The notes beneath the pieces are model-generated. The model did no database searches, had not been told where the DNA came from, and worked only from the letters and a program-made list of their open reading frames with translations. DNA of 64,000 bases from Knoellia sp. Its GTDB lineage: Bacteria > Actinomycetota > Actinomycetes > Actinomycetales > Dermatophilaceae. The stretch spans positions 7,715 to 71,714 of the forward strand of contig JBDSIV010000104.1 in the NCBI GenBank assembly GCA_039917755.1, written 5' to 3'. A program made the position numbers and the translations under genes. How positions within the stretch are numbered: position 1 is the first letter of the stretch; each line of letters begins with the position of its first letter. Shown here one piece after another: positions 8,859 to 18,570 of this stretch.

Positions 8859-10472
8859 TCAGCGGGCAGGAACCCCAGCACGGAGCAATCCATAGGTCAC
8901 GCTCTCGACGAGCGCCCGCCAGCTCGCCTCGAGAATGTTGGGTGCGACGCCGATCGTCTCCCAGGTCGTTGCACCGTCGCTCGTCTCGATGAGCACCCGG
9001 GTCACTGCATCGGTTCCGTGCGCCGCATCGAGGATGCGCACGCGGTAGTCGATGAGCTCGAGGTGCTCGACCTCCGGGTAGGCCGGAGCCAGCGCGAGGC
9101 GCAGGGCGTGGTCGAGCGCATTGACGGGACCGTTGCCCTCGCCTGTGCGTAGGACTCGCTTGCCGCCAGCGGTGAGCTTGACCGTCGCCTCGGACAAGGC
9201 ATCACCTGCCGACTGCGAGTCGGTAATGACCCGCCAGGACTCGATCTCGAAAAAGTCCGGAAGCGCACCCTCAACCTCACGCCGGAGCAGGAGTTCGAAG
9301 CTCGCGTCGGCCGCATCGAAGGTGTAGCCACGCAACTCGAGATCCTTGACCTTGGCGAGCACCTTCTTGACCAAAGCGCTGTCGGTCTCGTCCTCGGGGT
9401 TGAGCTCCAGACCGAGCTCGCGCGACTTGAGCTCGATGGACGCCCGCCCGGCCATGTCGGAGATGAGCATCCGCATGTCGTTGCCGACGTCCTTGGGGTC
9501 AAGGTGCTGATAGAGGTCGGGGTCGACCTTGATGGCGCTGGCGTGCAGACCCGCCTTGTGCGCGAAGGCGCTGGCCCCGGTATAGGGCTGACGCGAATAG
9601 GCCGGCACGTTGGTGATCTCACTGATTGCGTGACTGATGCGTGTGGACTCCTGGAGACGGCGAGGCTCCATCACCTGCACCCCCTCCTTGAGCTGGAGGT
9701 TGGCCACGACGGTCACGAGGTTGGCGTTGCCAGTGCGCTCGCCGTAGCCGTTGATCGTGCCCTGCACGTGAGTGGCTCCGGCATCGACGGCGGCCATGGA
9801 GTTGGCCACGGCGCAGCCCGTGTCGTTGTGGCAATGAATGCCGAGTCGGGCGTCGCCGCTCACCGAGTCGATCCCCAAGGTGGCGACGACGTCCTTGACC
9901 ACGTCCCAGACCTGCCCGGGCAGCATGCCGCCGTTGGTGTCGCACAACGCCGCGACCTCCGCACCCGACTCGAGCGCAGCGTGAAGTGACTCGAGGGCAT
10001 AGGCCCGGTCCACGGCATACCCGTCGAAGAAGTGCTCAGCGTCGACAAAAACGCGCCGCCCCTCGGAACGCAGCAACGAGACCGTGTCGCGGATCATCTC
10101 GAGGTTCTCAGCGCCGGTCGTGCGCAGGGCGCGCTCGACGTGTCCGATGTGCGACTTCGCGACCAGGGTGACCACTGGCGCCTGGCTGTCTAGAAGCGCG
10201 CGCACCAGCGGGTCGGTGGCTGCCTTGCCGCCGACGCGACGGGTCGCACCGAACGCAGCGAGCGTGGCGTTCTGCAGCGTGAGTTCGGTGGCGGCCCGGG
10301 CGAAGAACTCTGTGTCCTTGGGGTTCGCGCCGGGCCAGCCACCTTCGATGAAGCCGACCCCAAGATCGTCGAGGTGCGACGCAATCGTGAGCTTGTCCAC
10401 GACGGAGAGGTTGAGTCCCTCCTGCTGGGCACCATCACGCAACGTGGTGTCGTAGACGTGCAGGTCGCTCAT
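8859..10472 (-). CDS. cimA: Citramalate synthase
   Basis: YDTTLRDGAQQEG, IEGGWPGANPKD, DAEHFFDGY, HCHND, AFAHKAGLHASA, LeuA-type regulatory domain. Confidence 0.93.
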   Translation of the reverse strand: MSDLHVYDTTLRDGAQQEGLNLSVVDKLTIASHLDDLGVGFIEGGWPGANPKDTEFFARAATELTLQNATLAAFGATRRVGGKAATDPLVRALLDSQAPVVTLVAKSHIGHVERALRTTGAENLEMIRDTVSLLRSEGRRVFVDAEHFFDGYAVDRAYALESLHAALESGAEVAALCDTNGGMLPGQVWDVVKDVVATLGIDSVSGDARLGIHCHNDTGCAVANSMAAVDAGATHVQGTINGYGERTGNANLVTVVANLQLKEGVQVMEPRRLQESTRISHAISEITNVPAYSRQPYTGASAFAHKAGLHASAIKVDPDLYQHLDPKDVGNDMRMLISDMAGRASIELKSRELGLELNPEDETDSALVKKVLAKVKDLELRGYTFDAADASFELLLRREVEGALPDFFEIESWRVITDSQSAGDALSEATVKLTAGGKRVLRTGEGNGPVNALDHALRLALAPAYPEVEHLELIDYRVRILDAAHGTDAVTRVLIETSDGATTWETIGVAPNILEASWRALVESVTYGLLRAGVPAR

Positions 10473-10620
10473 GGGTGTCGCCTCGATCTGGTCTCATGCG
10501 TCGGCTTCGTCCAAACGTGTCTCAAGTGTCGCTGTCGACGTGCGCTGCCGCTCGGGTGCCGGGGGTGTGGCGGCCGAGCCCTTTGTCCGGGCGACTCCGG
10601 CTCACCGTCGTCGACCAAAC

Positions 10621-10647
10621 AAAAAGACCCCCCGGGTAGGGAGGTCT
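10621..10647 (-). terminator. Attenuator terminator upstream of cimA
   Basis: Minus strand AGACCTCC-CTACCC-GGGGGTCTTTTT, preceded by a second hairpin at 10648-10675. Confidence 0.8.
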
Positions 10648-10674
10648 GCGCGACGAACGGTGAAGTTCGTCGCG

Positions 10675-10719
10675 CTAGTCGATAATGACGGTGGCGGTAG
10701 CCACGGACAGGAGAGTCAC
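10675..10719 (-). CDS. cimA leader peptide MTLLSVATATVIID
   Basis: GTG start 6 nt after CACGCT -10 (leaderless); Val-Ile-Ile before the stop; stop overlaps the hairpin. Confidence 0.7.
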   Translation of the reverse strand: MTLLSVATATVIID

Positions 10720-10740
10720 CGGTTTAGCGTGGCACGAGCG

Positions 10741-10775
10741 ATCAGCATCCGGGAAGCCCTGTCCACAGTGCGGGC
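10741..10775. promoter_or_regulatory. Paired NdgR/LtbR-type operator upstream of the cimA leader
   Basis: ATCAGCATCCGGGAA and GTCCACAGTGCGGGC. Confidence 0.55.
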
Positions 10776-10826
10776 ATCTCTGTTGGGTATGCCGTCTCCT
10801 TGCCACCGACGCTAGGCTCGTCTTTC

Positions 10827-11288
10827 ATGGGAGAGACACTCCACCTGACCGCGGTGCTCGAGCCACGTGGTCCCGCAGGTGGGTTCGCCTTCACCGACGA
10901 GCAGGTGGCCGCACTGGGGGACGGCGCCAAGACGTTCCCCGTCGTCGTCACCATCAACGGCAAGGACATCGCGCTTCGGCTGGCGCGCATGGGCGGGGAA
11001 AACCTCGTCGGCTTCAGCAAGGCGGCCCGGGCGCAGGCCGGGATCGACCTGGGGGTCGAAGTGACCTTCGACATCGCTGCTGATGTGACGCCTCGCACCG
11101 TTGAGGTGCCCGAGGACCTGGCCGCTGCTCTGGCTGCGGACGCCGCAGCCAAAAAGACCTTCGAAGCCCTGGCCTACTCGCATCGCAAGGAGTTTGTCCG
11201 CTGGGTCTCCGAGGCCAGGCGCGAGCAGACTCGCACAGATCGGATCGCCAAGACCGTTGAGATGGTGCGCGCCGGTGAAACGCGCTGA
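10827..11288 (+). CDS. DUF1905 + YdeI/OmpD-associated (OmdA) protein
   Basis: [14 protein letters not shown]...[18 protein letters not shown]....TR..RI.K.V. Confidence 0.88.
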   Translation: MGETLHLTAVLEPRGPAGGFAFTDEQVAALGDGAKTFPVVVTINGKDIALRLARMGGENLVGFSKAARAQAGIDLGVEVTFDIAADVTPRTVEVPEDLAAALAADAAAKKTFEALAYSHRKEFVRWVSEARREQTRTDRIAKTVEMVRAGETR

Positions 11289-11326
11289 CGAATCGCTCAG
11301 CCCGTGACAGTGGCATGGCCAGCCTT

Positions 11327-11349
11327 TTTCTTGACTCATTCCAGAATTG
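11327..11349 (+). promoter_or_regulatory. FurA operator
   Basis: TTTCTTGACTCATTCCAGAATTG, AT-rich imperfect palindrome just upstream of fur; resembles, from memory, the mycobacterial FurA site (TCTTGACTGATTCCAGA). Confidence 0.7.
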
Positions 11350-11365
11350 CTGGTTGAGTGAGGTC

Positions 11366-11824
11366 ATGCCCACCCCCTTGCAGCCAGCAGCCCTGCTGCG
11401 CACTGCTTCTCTGCGGGTGACCCGGCCACGGATGGCCGTTCTCGAGGCCGTCTGGGCGCACCCCCACGCCGATGCCGACACGGTGGCGCGCGCGGCCCGG
11501 GCCGAGCTCGGCACCGTGTCCACCCAGGCCGTCTATGACGTCCTTGCCGCCCTGAGCCGCGCCGGGCTGATCCGCCGGATCGAACCCGCCGGCTCCCCCG
11601 CACGCTACGAGGGCCGCACTGGCGACAACCATCACCACATCGTCTGCCGCCAGTGCGGTGAGATCGCCGATGTGGACTGCGCCGTGGGCGAGGCCCCGTG
11701 CCTCAACGCCACAGACAGCCACGGCTTCGTGATCGACGAGGCCGAAGTGACCTATTGGGGCCTGTGCCCCACGTGCAATGTCGCTGCGGGGTCCATCTCC
11801 ACAGCGTCCATCGATCATCTGTAG
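11366..11824 (+). CDS. furA: Fur-family peroxide-sensing regulator (FurA type)
   Basis: [49 protein letters not shown]. Confidence 0.92.
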   Translation: MPTPLQPAALLRTASLRVTRPRMAVLEAVWAHPHADADTVARAARAELGTVSTQAVYDVLAALSRAGLIRRIEPAGSPARYEGRTGDNHHHIVCRQCGEIADVDCAVGEAPCLNATDSHGFVIDEAEVTYWGLCPTCNVAAGSISTASIDHL

Positions 11825-11861
11825 CCATCACCAACCGCACACCACCCAAGGAGAGACACCG

Positions 11862-13466
11862 ATGAGCGTTGAAGGCCCCCGGCAGGACCCGGGCAACACC
11901 AAGCCACTGACCACGGTCGCCGGAGCACCGGTCTGGGACGGCGAGAACAGCGTCACCGCCGGTCCGCGCGGCCCCCTCCTCCTCCAGGACGTCTGGTTCC
12001 TCGAGAAGCTGGCCCACTTCGACCGTGAGGTGATTCCTGAGCGGCGCATGCACGCCAAGGGTTCGGGCGCCTTTGGCACCCTCACCATCACCAACGACAT
12101 CACCCAATACAGCAGCGCGAAGATCTTCTCCGAGGTTGGCAAGCAGACCGAGATGTTTGCTCGGTTCTCCACGGTCGCCGGTGAGCGCGGCGCTGCCGAC
12201 GCCGAGCGCGACATCCGCGGTTTCGCCGTGAAGTTCTACACCGAGGAAGGCAACTGGGACCTCGTCGGCAACAACACGCCGGTGTTCTTCTTCCGCGACC
12301 CGCTGCAGTTCCCGGACCTCAACCACGCGGTCAAGCGCGACCCCAAGACCAACCTGCGCAGCGCAGAGAACAACTGGGACTTCTGGACCAACCTGCCCGA
12401 GTCGCTGCACCAGGTCACCATCGTCATGTCCGACCGCGGCATACCGGCCACCCTGCGCAACATGCACGGCTTCGGCTCGCACACCTACTCGTTCACCAAC
12501 GCCGAGGGTGAGCGCTTCTGGGTGAAGTTCCACCACCGCACCCAGCAAGGGATAAAGAACCTCACCGACGCGGAGTCCGCTGCCCTCATCGGGCAGGACC
12601 GCGAGTCCCACCAGCGCGACCTGTTCGAGTCGATCGAGAAGGGCGACTTCCCCAAGTGGAAGCTGTTCGTTCAGGTCATGCCCGAGGCCGACGCCGAGAA
12701 GGTTCCCTACCACCCGTTCGACCTGACCAAGGTCTGGCCCAAGGGCGACTACCCGCTCATCGAGGTCGGCGAGTGGGAGCTCAACCGCAACCCGGAGAAC
12801 TACCACATGGACGTGGAGCAGGCTGCCTTCAGCCCCGCCAACGTCGTGCCGGGCATCAGCTTCTCCCCCGACCGGATGCTCCAGGGCCGACTGTTCTCCT
12901 ACGGCGACGCCCAGCGCTACCGCCTCGGCGTCAACCACCACCAGATCCCGGTCAACGCCCCGCGCGCGGTCGCGAACCCGAATGACCCGCACCGCGACGG
13001 CGCCATGAGGATGTCGGCGGGATCGACCCCCTCGATCACCCCCAACTCCTATGGTCGCTACTCCAGCCAGCCGCAGTACCGCGAGCCTGCCTGGGGCATC
13101 GGCGGCATCGGCGACCGGTTCAACTTCCGTGAGGACGACGACAACTACTTCGAGCAGCCCGGCATCCTCTTCCGCGAGAAGATGACTCCCGAGCAGCAGC
13201 AGGTCCTCTTCGAGAACACCGCTCGCGCTATCTCCGGCGCCTCGAAGGAGACCATCGAGAGGCACATCCACAACTGCACGCAGGCCGACCCGGCCTACGG
13301 CGAGGGCGTCCGCAAGGCCATTGATGCGCTCAACGCGCAGGTCGGCGATGCCGAGGACGTGCCCAAGGGTGCTGCCAACGCCAACGCCCCGACCGACGGC
13401 GAGACCGACCGCAACCTGAGCGGTGACGGGTCGGACAAGAAGGACGACTTCTCCGACCTGCTCTGA
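11862..13466 (+). CDS. katA: Monofunctional heme catalase
   Basis: [18 protein letters not shown] active-site motif; [12 protein letters not shown] heme-ligand motif. Confidence 0.97.
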   Translation: MSVEGPRQDPGNTKPLTTVAGAPVWDGENSVTAGPRGPLLLQDVWFLEKLAHFDREVIPERRMHAKGSGAFGTLTITNDITQYSSAKIFSEVGKQTEMFARFSTVAGERGAADAERDIRGFAVKFYTEEGNWDLVGNNTPVFFFRDPLQFPDLNHAVKRDPKTNLRSAENNWDFWTNLPESLHQVTIVMSDRGIPATLRNMHGFGSHTYSFTNAEGERFWVKFHHRTQQGIKNLTDAESAALIGQDRESHQRDLFESIEKGDFPKWKLFVQVMPEADAEKVPYHPFDLTKVWPKGDYPLIEVGEWELNRNPENYHMDVEQAAFSPANVVPGISFSPDRMLQGRLFSYGDAQRYRLGVNHHQIPVNAPRAVANPNDPHRDGAMRMSAGSTPSITPNSYGRYSSQPQYREPAWGIGGIGDRFNFREDDDNYFEQPGILFREKMTPEQQQVLFENTARAISGASKETIERHIHNCTQADPAYGEGVRKAIDALNAQVGDAEDVPKGAANANAPTDGETDRNLSGDGSDKKDDFSDLL

Positions 13467-13613
13467 GCCAACGGCGTCACCGATGGTGACGGACTCGGAA
13501 GGGGATCGCGACCCGAGGTCGTGGTCCCCTTCGTCGTGCTGCCGCTCATGCTGGGATGGCCACGACGAGGCACTGGCCGAACGGGCATTTCGTGGAACAA
13601 AGCCGCAGGGCGG

Positions 13614-14006
13614 TCAAGGTTCGAGCAGGGCCTGGGTGCCAAACATCTCGGCGGCCTGACGCGCCGTGGGCGTGCCAGCGTCGAGGTCAGCACCGGCGGC
13701 GACGAGGGCGCGCACGACGTCCTGCTCACCCTTGAAGAGCGCCCCCGCCACCGGCGACTGGTCGCGATCATTGCGCGCATCGACGTCCGCGCCTCGCTCG
13801 ATCAACGCGACGACGGTCTTCGCGTGGCCGTGGTAGGCCGCAAGCATGATCAGGCTGTTGCCGGTGGGGTCTGCGAGGTCGACCGGGAGTCCGTGATCGA
13901 GGAGTTCGAGGAGTTCGGACGTCTCTCCAGTGCGTGCCCACTCCGCTGCCATGGCGGCGACACGTGCCGTCTGCTCAGGGGTCAGTCCGCTGGTCGGTGT
14001 CGACAT
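13614..14006 (-). CDS. Ankyrin-repeat protein (AnkB/Cj1386-like)
   Basis: GNSLIMLAAYHGH...GADVDARNDRDQSPVAGALFKGE. Confidence 0.9.
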   Translation of the reverse strand: MSTPTSGLTPEQTARVAAMAAEWARTGETSELLELLDHGLPVDLADPTGNSLIMLAAYHGHAKTVVALIERGADVDARNDRDQSPVAGALFKGEQDVVRALVAAGADLDAGTPTARQAAEMFGTQALLEP

Positions 14007-14067
14007 GAGGCAAGCCTAGTGTTGCGCGCCGCCCCTGCTCGGACCGCCCGGCATGCGCCGCGACCGG

Positions 14068-15426
14068 TCAGGCGCGTTCCCGTCCCACCCCGCGCCGGGG
14101 GACTGCGCCGTCCAGACTGGCCTCGTCGGCGGCCGAGCGGCCCACGTTCCACCCCTCTGCATCACGCACCGACCCGATCGAGCTCTTCTTCACCACGGGG
14201 AACCACTCGCCCATGACCGCGTCGACCTCCTCGTCGCGCGCGGCGAGGATGGGCACAAGCTCTTGACCCCGGAGGCCCGCCGACGCCTGCGCCGACGCCA
14301 CCTCCGCGTCAGCAACCTCCCGCAGCCGCTCACCGATGCGGTGGGCATAGGCCGTGAGGAAGGACTGGCGGAAGGATCGGGTGCGGCTGCGCCCACGGTG
14401 ATCGGCGCGCTTGCCCTCGGCCATCAGTCGAGTATTGGCCTGGACGAGCAGCGAGGTGAAGAGCAGCTCGACACCGTCGAGGTCAGACTCAAAACCCATG
14501 ACCGTGCCGAAGCCGAGCTCTCGGGTCCACACCATTTTGCATCGGTTGGCTCGGGCCACCGCATCAAGCAATGAGGCCTTGGGCCCGTCATACGGAGTGT
14601 CGATCCCGATCCGCCTGCCGGCCGGACCGCCATGAGCGCGTGCGCCCGTGCCACCAGAACGTCGCTCCTCTGCGGCCAGCCACGCAGCATCGATGCTGTG
14701 CCGGGCCATCAGCGCCTGAGCGCCGGCGGTGAATGTCTCAGCCTCGGCCTCGAAGGTCGTCGACTCAGCCTTGGCCAACATCATCCGGACCCGAGCAAGG
14801 ATCCGGTCATCAACCGACCCGACCGGCTTCCCGGGCACAGCCTTCTGACCCCGGGCGGTGCCGGGCTCCGGGGGTGGCACCGTGCCCGGCAACGGTGAGA
14901 GCTTCTCGATGTGCGGGAGGGTCCAGAGCAGGTGCAACACCGTCAGTGTCTGCGCCAGCAGTGACAGCCAGTCGACCCCCCGCTCGCGATGAGCGTCGAG
15001 CCAGGTCTGCGAACGCGGCCACCAGACCCCACCCTCAAGTTCCTCGATCTGAGCCAACCAGCGGTGGTCCACCGTCGAGGCGGCGTAGCGCCCCAACTCC
15101 TCGCTCATCGCATCGACAACCAGGGCCTGCTCCGGAGCGGAGAGTGTGCGCGCCGCCATGCGGTGCACGTCGGTCGGCTGCCACCCGCGCTGCCACGCCT
15201 GGGTGGTGCCCGCGGCGACCTGTGCGACCAGCGTGGTGACCACGGACCTCTGCCCGTCGTCACTAATGCTGCACCGCTGCGCGAGAGCCACGGTCGCATC
15301 GTCGAAGGCACGAACCCGGCGGGAGTCAAGGGCTGCAAGGGCAAGCGCGACGAGGGCTTCGGTCGAGCGAGGGCTGTCCTCGTCACCGTGACCCGGCTCG
15401 CGCCAGGCCCTGCTGTGCTGACTCAT
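14068..15426 (-). CDS. DUF2786 domain-containing protein
   Basis: ILARVRMMLAKAESTTFEAEAETFTAGAQALMARHSID; LLFTSLLVQA; RSFRQSFLTAYA. Confidence 0.88.
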   Translation of the reverse strand: MSQHSRAWREPGHGDEDSPRSTEALVALALAALDSRRVRAFDDATVALAQRCSISDDGQRSVVTTLVAQVAAGTTQAWQRGWQPTDVHRMAARTLSAPEQALVVDAMSEELGRYAASTVDHRWLAQIEELEGGVWWPRSQTWLDAHRERGVDWLSLLAQTLTVLHLLWTLPHIEKLSPLPGTVPPPEPGTARGQKAVPGKPVGSVDDRILARVRMMLAKAESTTFEAEAETFTAGAQALMARHSIDAAWLAAEERRSGGTGARAHGGPAGRRIGIDTPYDGPKASLLDAVARANRCKMVWTRELGFGTVMGFESDLDGVELLFTSLLVQANTRLMAEGKRADHRGRSRTRSFRQSFLTAYAHRIGERLREVADAEVASAQASAGLRGQELVPILAARDEEVDAVMGEWFPVVKKSSIGSVRDAEGWNVGRSAADEASLDGAVPRRGVGRERA

Positions 15427-15456
15427 CGGGCTCCCCCTGTCGTCGTATGAGCGTTC

Positions 15457-15486
15457 AGCATGACACCGGCCACGGACGCTCCGACA
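15457..15486 (-). promoter_or_regulatory. Possible PafBC/RecA-NDp-type promoter of the DUF2786 gene
   Basis: Minus strand TGTCGG-ag-CGTCCG-N10-CATGCT. Confidence 0.45.
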
Positions 15487-15500
15487 CCACCGAAGCCTCT

Positions 15501-15542
15501 GCTGTGGACAACGGCGAGCGGATCGAGGAGCTGTGGACAACG
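15501..15542. repeat. Direct repeat GCTGTGGACAACG x2, each containing a high-GC DnaA box (TTGTCCACA on minus strand)
   Basis: TGTGGACAA at 15503-15511 and 15532-15540. Confidence 0.7.
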
Positions 15543-15617
15543 ACGCCGAGCAATCGCGAAGAGGAATGTGTCAATCAAAAGTTGACGCGGCCCCTCCTGT
15601 CAATCTCATCTTGACGC

Positions 15618-15887
15618 ATGGCTTCTCCACCGACCCTCAGCCCGAACAAGGCGACTTCGCTCTCGACCGGCATGATCTGCGTCCTCCTCGGCTTGGGCGC
15701 GTTCATGCTCTCGCAGGGTCGCGATGGCTTCGACAAGGGCCTCTTCATCGGGATCACCGTGGCCCTCATGGTCCTTGGCGCTTACCTGTTGGGATCAGGG
15801 ACCTTCCGCAAGAGCGGCGACAAGCAGCTGGGCGACGGCGCTTGGCTGCCCAGCCGTGACGAACAGTCGAGCCATGACGAGCAATGA
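15618..15887 (+). CDS. Small two-TM membrane protein, hypothetical
   Basis: Two hydrophobic segments, C-terminal WLPSRD; overlaps the next gene. Confidence 0.7.
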   Translation: MASPPTLSPNKATSLSTGMICVLLGLGAFMLSQGRDGFDKGLFIGITVALMVLGAYLLGSGTFRKSGDKQLGDGAWLPSRDEQSSHDEQ

Positions 15888-16401
15888 GTCGCCCAACGGG
15901 CTTGTCGAGGCCCTGGGCGCCGCGATTCTCGACGGTGCCCGGAGCGAGAACCCTTTGGGTCTGGTCCGACGCGTTGCCGACGCCGAGGATTCGGTGCGCC
16001 AGTTGTTGCACCAATCCGTGAGTGCCGCGCGCGCAGCGGGGCACAGCTGGGCGGTCATCGGGGCCGAGCTCGGCATGAGTCGCCAGGCTGTCCAACAGCG
16101 TTTTGGCGAGCGAACCGACACCGTCAGCGATCCCCTCACGGAGGAGCAGCGCTGGCTTGGACCCGTCACCGCCTTTGACGAGATGGCCGAGCTGGAGATC
16201 GCCGGTCGACTGGGCTGGCACACCGTCCGGGCCGGCATGCTCCGCCATCTCGTGGTCCGCACCTCGACGCAGTGGGAGCACAAGCGCATCGTCTGGACTG
16301 GTTCGCTCGCTCGCTACGAGAAGTCGGGGTGGGTGGTGGGCTGCAGAGCCTTCCCCTGGGTCTATCTGGTGCGCGACACCGGCCAACCCGCCGAAGGCTG
16401 A
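15874..16401 (+). CDS. Hypothetical protein with HTH-like segment
   Basis: ARAAGHSWAVIGAELGMSRQAVQQRFG motif. Confidence 0.75.
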   Translation: MTSNESPNGLVEALGAAILDGARSENPLGLVRRVADAEDSVRQLLHQSVSAARAAGHSWAVIGAELGMSRQAVQQRFGERTDTVSDPLTEEQRWLGPVTAFDEMAELEIAGRLGWHTVRAGMLRHLVVRTSTQWEHKRIVWTGSLARYEKSGWVVGCRAFPWVYLVRDTGQPAEG

Positions 16402-16411
16402 GCACCCCTGG

Positions 16412-16486
16412 CGGTTCGCGAACCGGATCAGGGCTCAACGTCCTGATCGATCCGGCCAGCGAGCGACGCGACGGTTCGCGAACCGT
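16412..16486. repeat. Two perfect palindromes CGGTTCGCGAACCG flanking a small hairpin
   Basis: Copies at 16412-16425 and 16472-16485; GATCAGG...CCTGATC between them. Confidence 0.7.
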
Positions 16487-16718
16487 GGTGTGCGGCAAGG
16501 GCCCATCAGGAGAAGTCGGGACCTTTCAGAGTGAGGTGGACGAACTCGACCGCGCTGCCCTAGGCGTGCAGCCACCGCGACCGGTGTTCGTCGGCGCGGG
16601 CCCCGGACCTGCGCGTCATCGTGGTGGAGCAACCACCCTTCCAAGGAGATCAGACGCCTCGGTCACCTCAGCCCCAGCACGGCTCTCGAAGGTCACCCGG
16701 GACTCGGGTGAGCGCGAC

Positions 16719-17828
16719 TCAGGTGATGGAACGCCACCAGAAACTGGGTTCGGCGGGGAGTGCGGCCATGTCGATGCGTTCGCCCGGACGCGGCACGACG
16801 ACCGTGGCTCCACGACGGTCGGCCTCGATCAGGAGGCGTTCGACCGGCTCACTCCACGGATGGAAGGCGAGGCTGAACGTGCCCCAGTGCACCGGCACCA
16901 TCACGCCCGCCCTGACGTCGAGGTGGGCCGTGACACCGTGCTCGGGGTTCATGTGAACCGTGGGCCAGCCATCGTCATAGGCGCCGATCTGCACGAGCGC
17001 GACGTCGAACGGACCGTAGCGCTCACCGATCTCCGCGAACCCGATGAAGTAACCGGTGTCGCCGGAGTAGAAGACCTTGTGCGAGTCGCCTTCGATCACC
17101 CAAGAGGCCCAGAGGGTGCCATCACGCGAGAGTCCGCGACCGGAGAAGTGCTGAGCGGGGGTTGCGACGAGGCGCACTCCCTCGACCTTGGTGTCCTCGT
17201 GCCAGTCGAGCTCGTCGATGCGATCGAGCGGGATGCCCCACTTCTCGAGGTGCACTCCAACGCCGAGCGGGACAACGAACCGGGTTTGCGGGCGCAGCGC
17301 CGCGAGCTCCTTGATCGAGTCCATGTCGAGGTGGTCGTAGTGGTCGTGCGAGATCACCACGGCGTCTACAGGCGGAAGGTCGACCAACGCCACGGGCGCC
17401 GGGTGGAGGCGCTTGGGGCCGACATGCTGGGACGGTGAGCAGCGCTCACTCCACACGGGGTCGAGCAGGATGACGGCACCATCGACCTGGACGAGTGCCG
17501 TCGAGTGCCCCAGCCACGTGATCGAAGTTCCTTCGGCGATCGGGCCCAACGGTTCACGCACGAGCGGAATCTCCCCGACCGGGAGCCGTTCCTGGCGGCC
17601 CGCGACGAGTTCCTTGACGCTGCCCGCCAGCGAACGTGATGCGGGCTCGAAGCGCAGACGCTGGTTGTGGAACTTGCCGTCCGACCACTCAGGTGACTCG
17701 GCCATTCGCGCCGCGCGCGCACCGGTGGCCCGGCCCCCCATCGCCTCGGGCACCGGGCGTCCTGCTTTCACCAGCCATGTGGCGAGCCCGACACCACTTG
17801 AGGCAATTGCCATTCCTGGAATTTTCAC
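16719..17828 (-). CDS. MBL-fold metallo-hydrolase (RomA/NAPE-PLD-like)
   Basis: TWLGHST, SHDHYDHLD, PAQHFSGR, SGDTGY, HMNPE, PVHWGTF. Confidence 0.92.
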   Translation of the reverse strand: MKIPGMAIASSGVGLATWLVKAGRPVPEAMGGRATGARAARMAESPEWSDGKFHNQRLRFEPASRSLAGSVKELVAGRQERLPVGEIPLVREPLGPIAEGTSITWLGHSTALVQVDGAVILLDPVWSERCSPSQHVGPKRLHPAPVALVDLPPVDAVVISHDHYDHLDMDSIKELAALRPQTRFVVPLGVGVHLEKWGIPLDRIDELDWHEDTKVEGVRLVATPAQHFSGRGLSRDGTLWASWVIEGDSHKVFYSGDTGYFIGFAEIGERYGPFDVALVQIGAYDDGWPTVHMNPEHGVTAHLDVRAGVMVPVHWGTFSLAFHPWSEPVERLLIEADRRGATVVVPRPGERIDMAALPAEPSFWWRSIT

Positions 17829-17838
17829 CCGTCCAGTG

Positions 17839-18567
17839 TCACCCACCCTGCTGTGCCGAGCGACTGGCACTCACCAGCGCGTCAAAGAGCCGGGTGTCAG
17901 TGCCCGCTTCCGGATGCCATTGGACTGCCATACGGAACGGGTATGCCGTGTCCTCCATCGCTTCGACCGTCCCGTCGGCGTGCCACGCAGCGGCGGTGTA
18001 GCCGGGGTGGCTGAGCACCGCCTGGTGGTGGTAGGTCGGGACGTCGAGGACCTCGCTGCCCAGCAGGGAGGCGAGGCGGGTGCCCTCGACACAGGTCACG
18101 TGGTGTGAAGCGTAGGCGCCCGGCGTGGGGCTGTGCACGTCGTTCCCCACACGGTCCGGGATGTGTTGCTCGAGTTCGCCGCCGGCCTCGACCGCCATGA
18201 CCTGCATGCCGCGACAGATGCCGAGGAGTGGCTGGCGGGTTTGCGCGGTGACCCGAGCCACCGCGAGCTCGAAGGTGTCCCGGTCCGGCCGAGGTGCCTG
18301 GATGTGGGAGTCGGGCACGGCGGCATACCGGCTGGTTTCAACGTCGGCTCCGCCGGCAATGATGACACCGTCAAGACGAGCGAGCAGGCCCGCAACGAGG
18401 GCGTCGTCGGCATCAAGGCGTGGTGGGAGCACCACGGCAACAGCTCCCGCGCGCTCGACCTGCTCGACGTAGGCATGGGGCAGCAAGGCGCTGCGTTGCC
18501 CGACCCAGTCGCCGCGGGAGACTGGCTCGACATAGCTCGTGATGCCGATGACCGGCCGAGGTGCCAT
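17839..18567 (-). CDS. Gamma-glutamyl-amide hydrolase (peptidase C26, PuuD-like)
   Basis: LGICRGMQ, YHHQAV, VQWHPE. Confidence 0.92.
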   Translation of the reverse strand: MAPRPVIGITSYVEPVSRGDWVGQRSALLPHAYVEQVERAGAVAVVLPPRLDADDALVAGLLARLDGVIIAGGADVETSRYAAVPDSHIQAPRPDRDTFELAVARVTAQTRQPLLGICRGMQVMAVEAGGELEQHIPDRVGNDVHSPTPGAYASHHVTCVEGTRLASLLGSEVLDVPTYHHQAVLSHPGYTAAAWHADGTVEAMEDTAYPFRMAVQWHPEAGTDTRLFDALVSASRSAQQGG

Positions 18568-18570
18568 GAC

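Noticed and set aside
11703-13271. Long antisense ORFs (e.g. 11703-13271, 20856-22598, 24591-26960, 28105-29529, 51970-54228)
   Set aside because: They mirror real genes on the opposite strand; stop-codon scarcity in high-GC DNA explains them and they show no recognisable motifs
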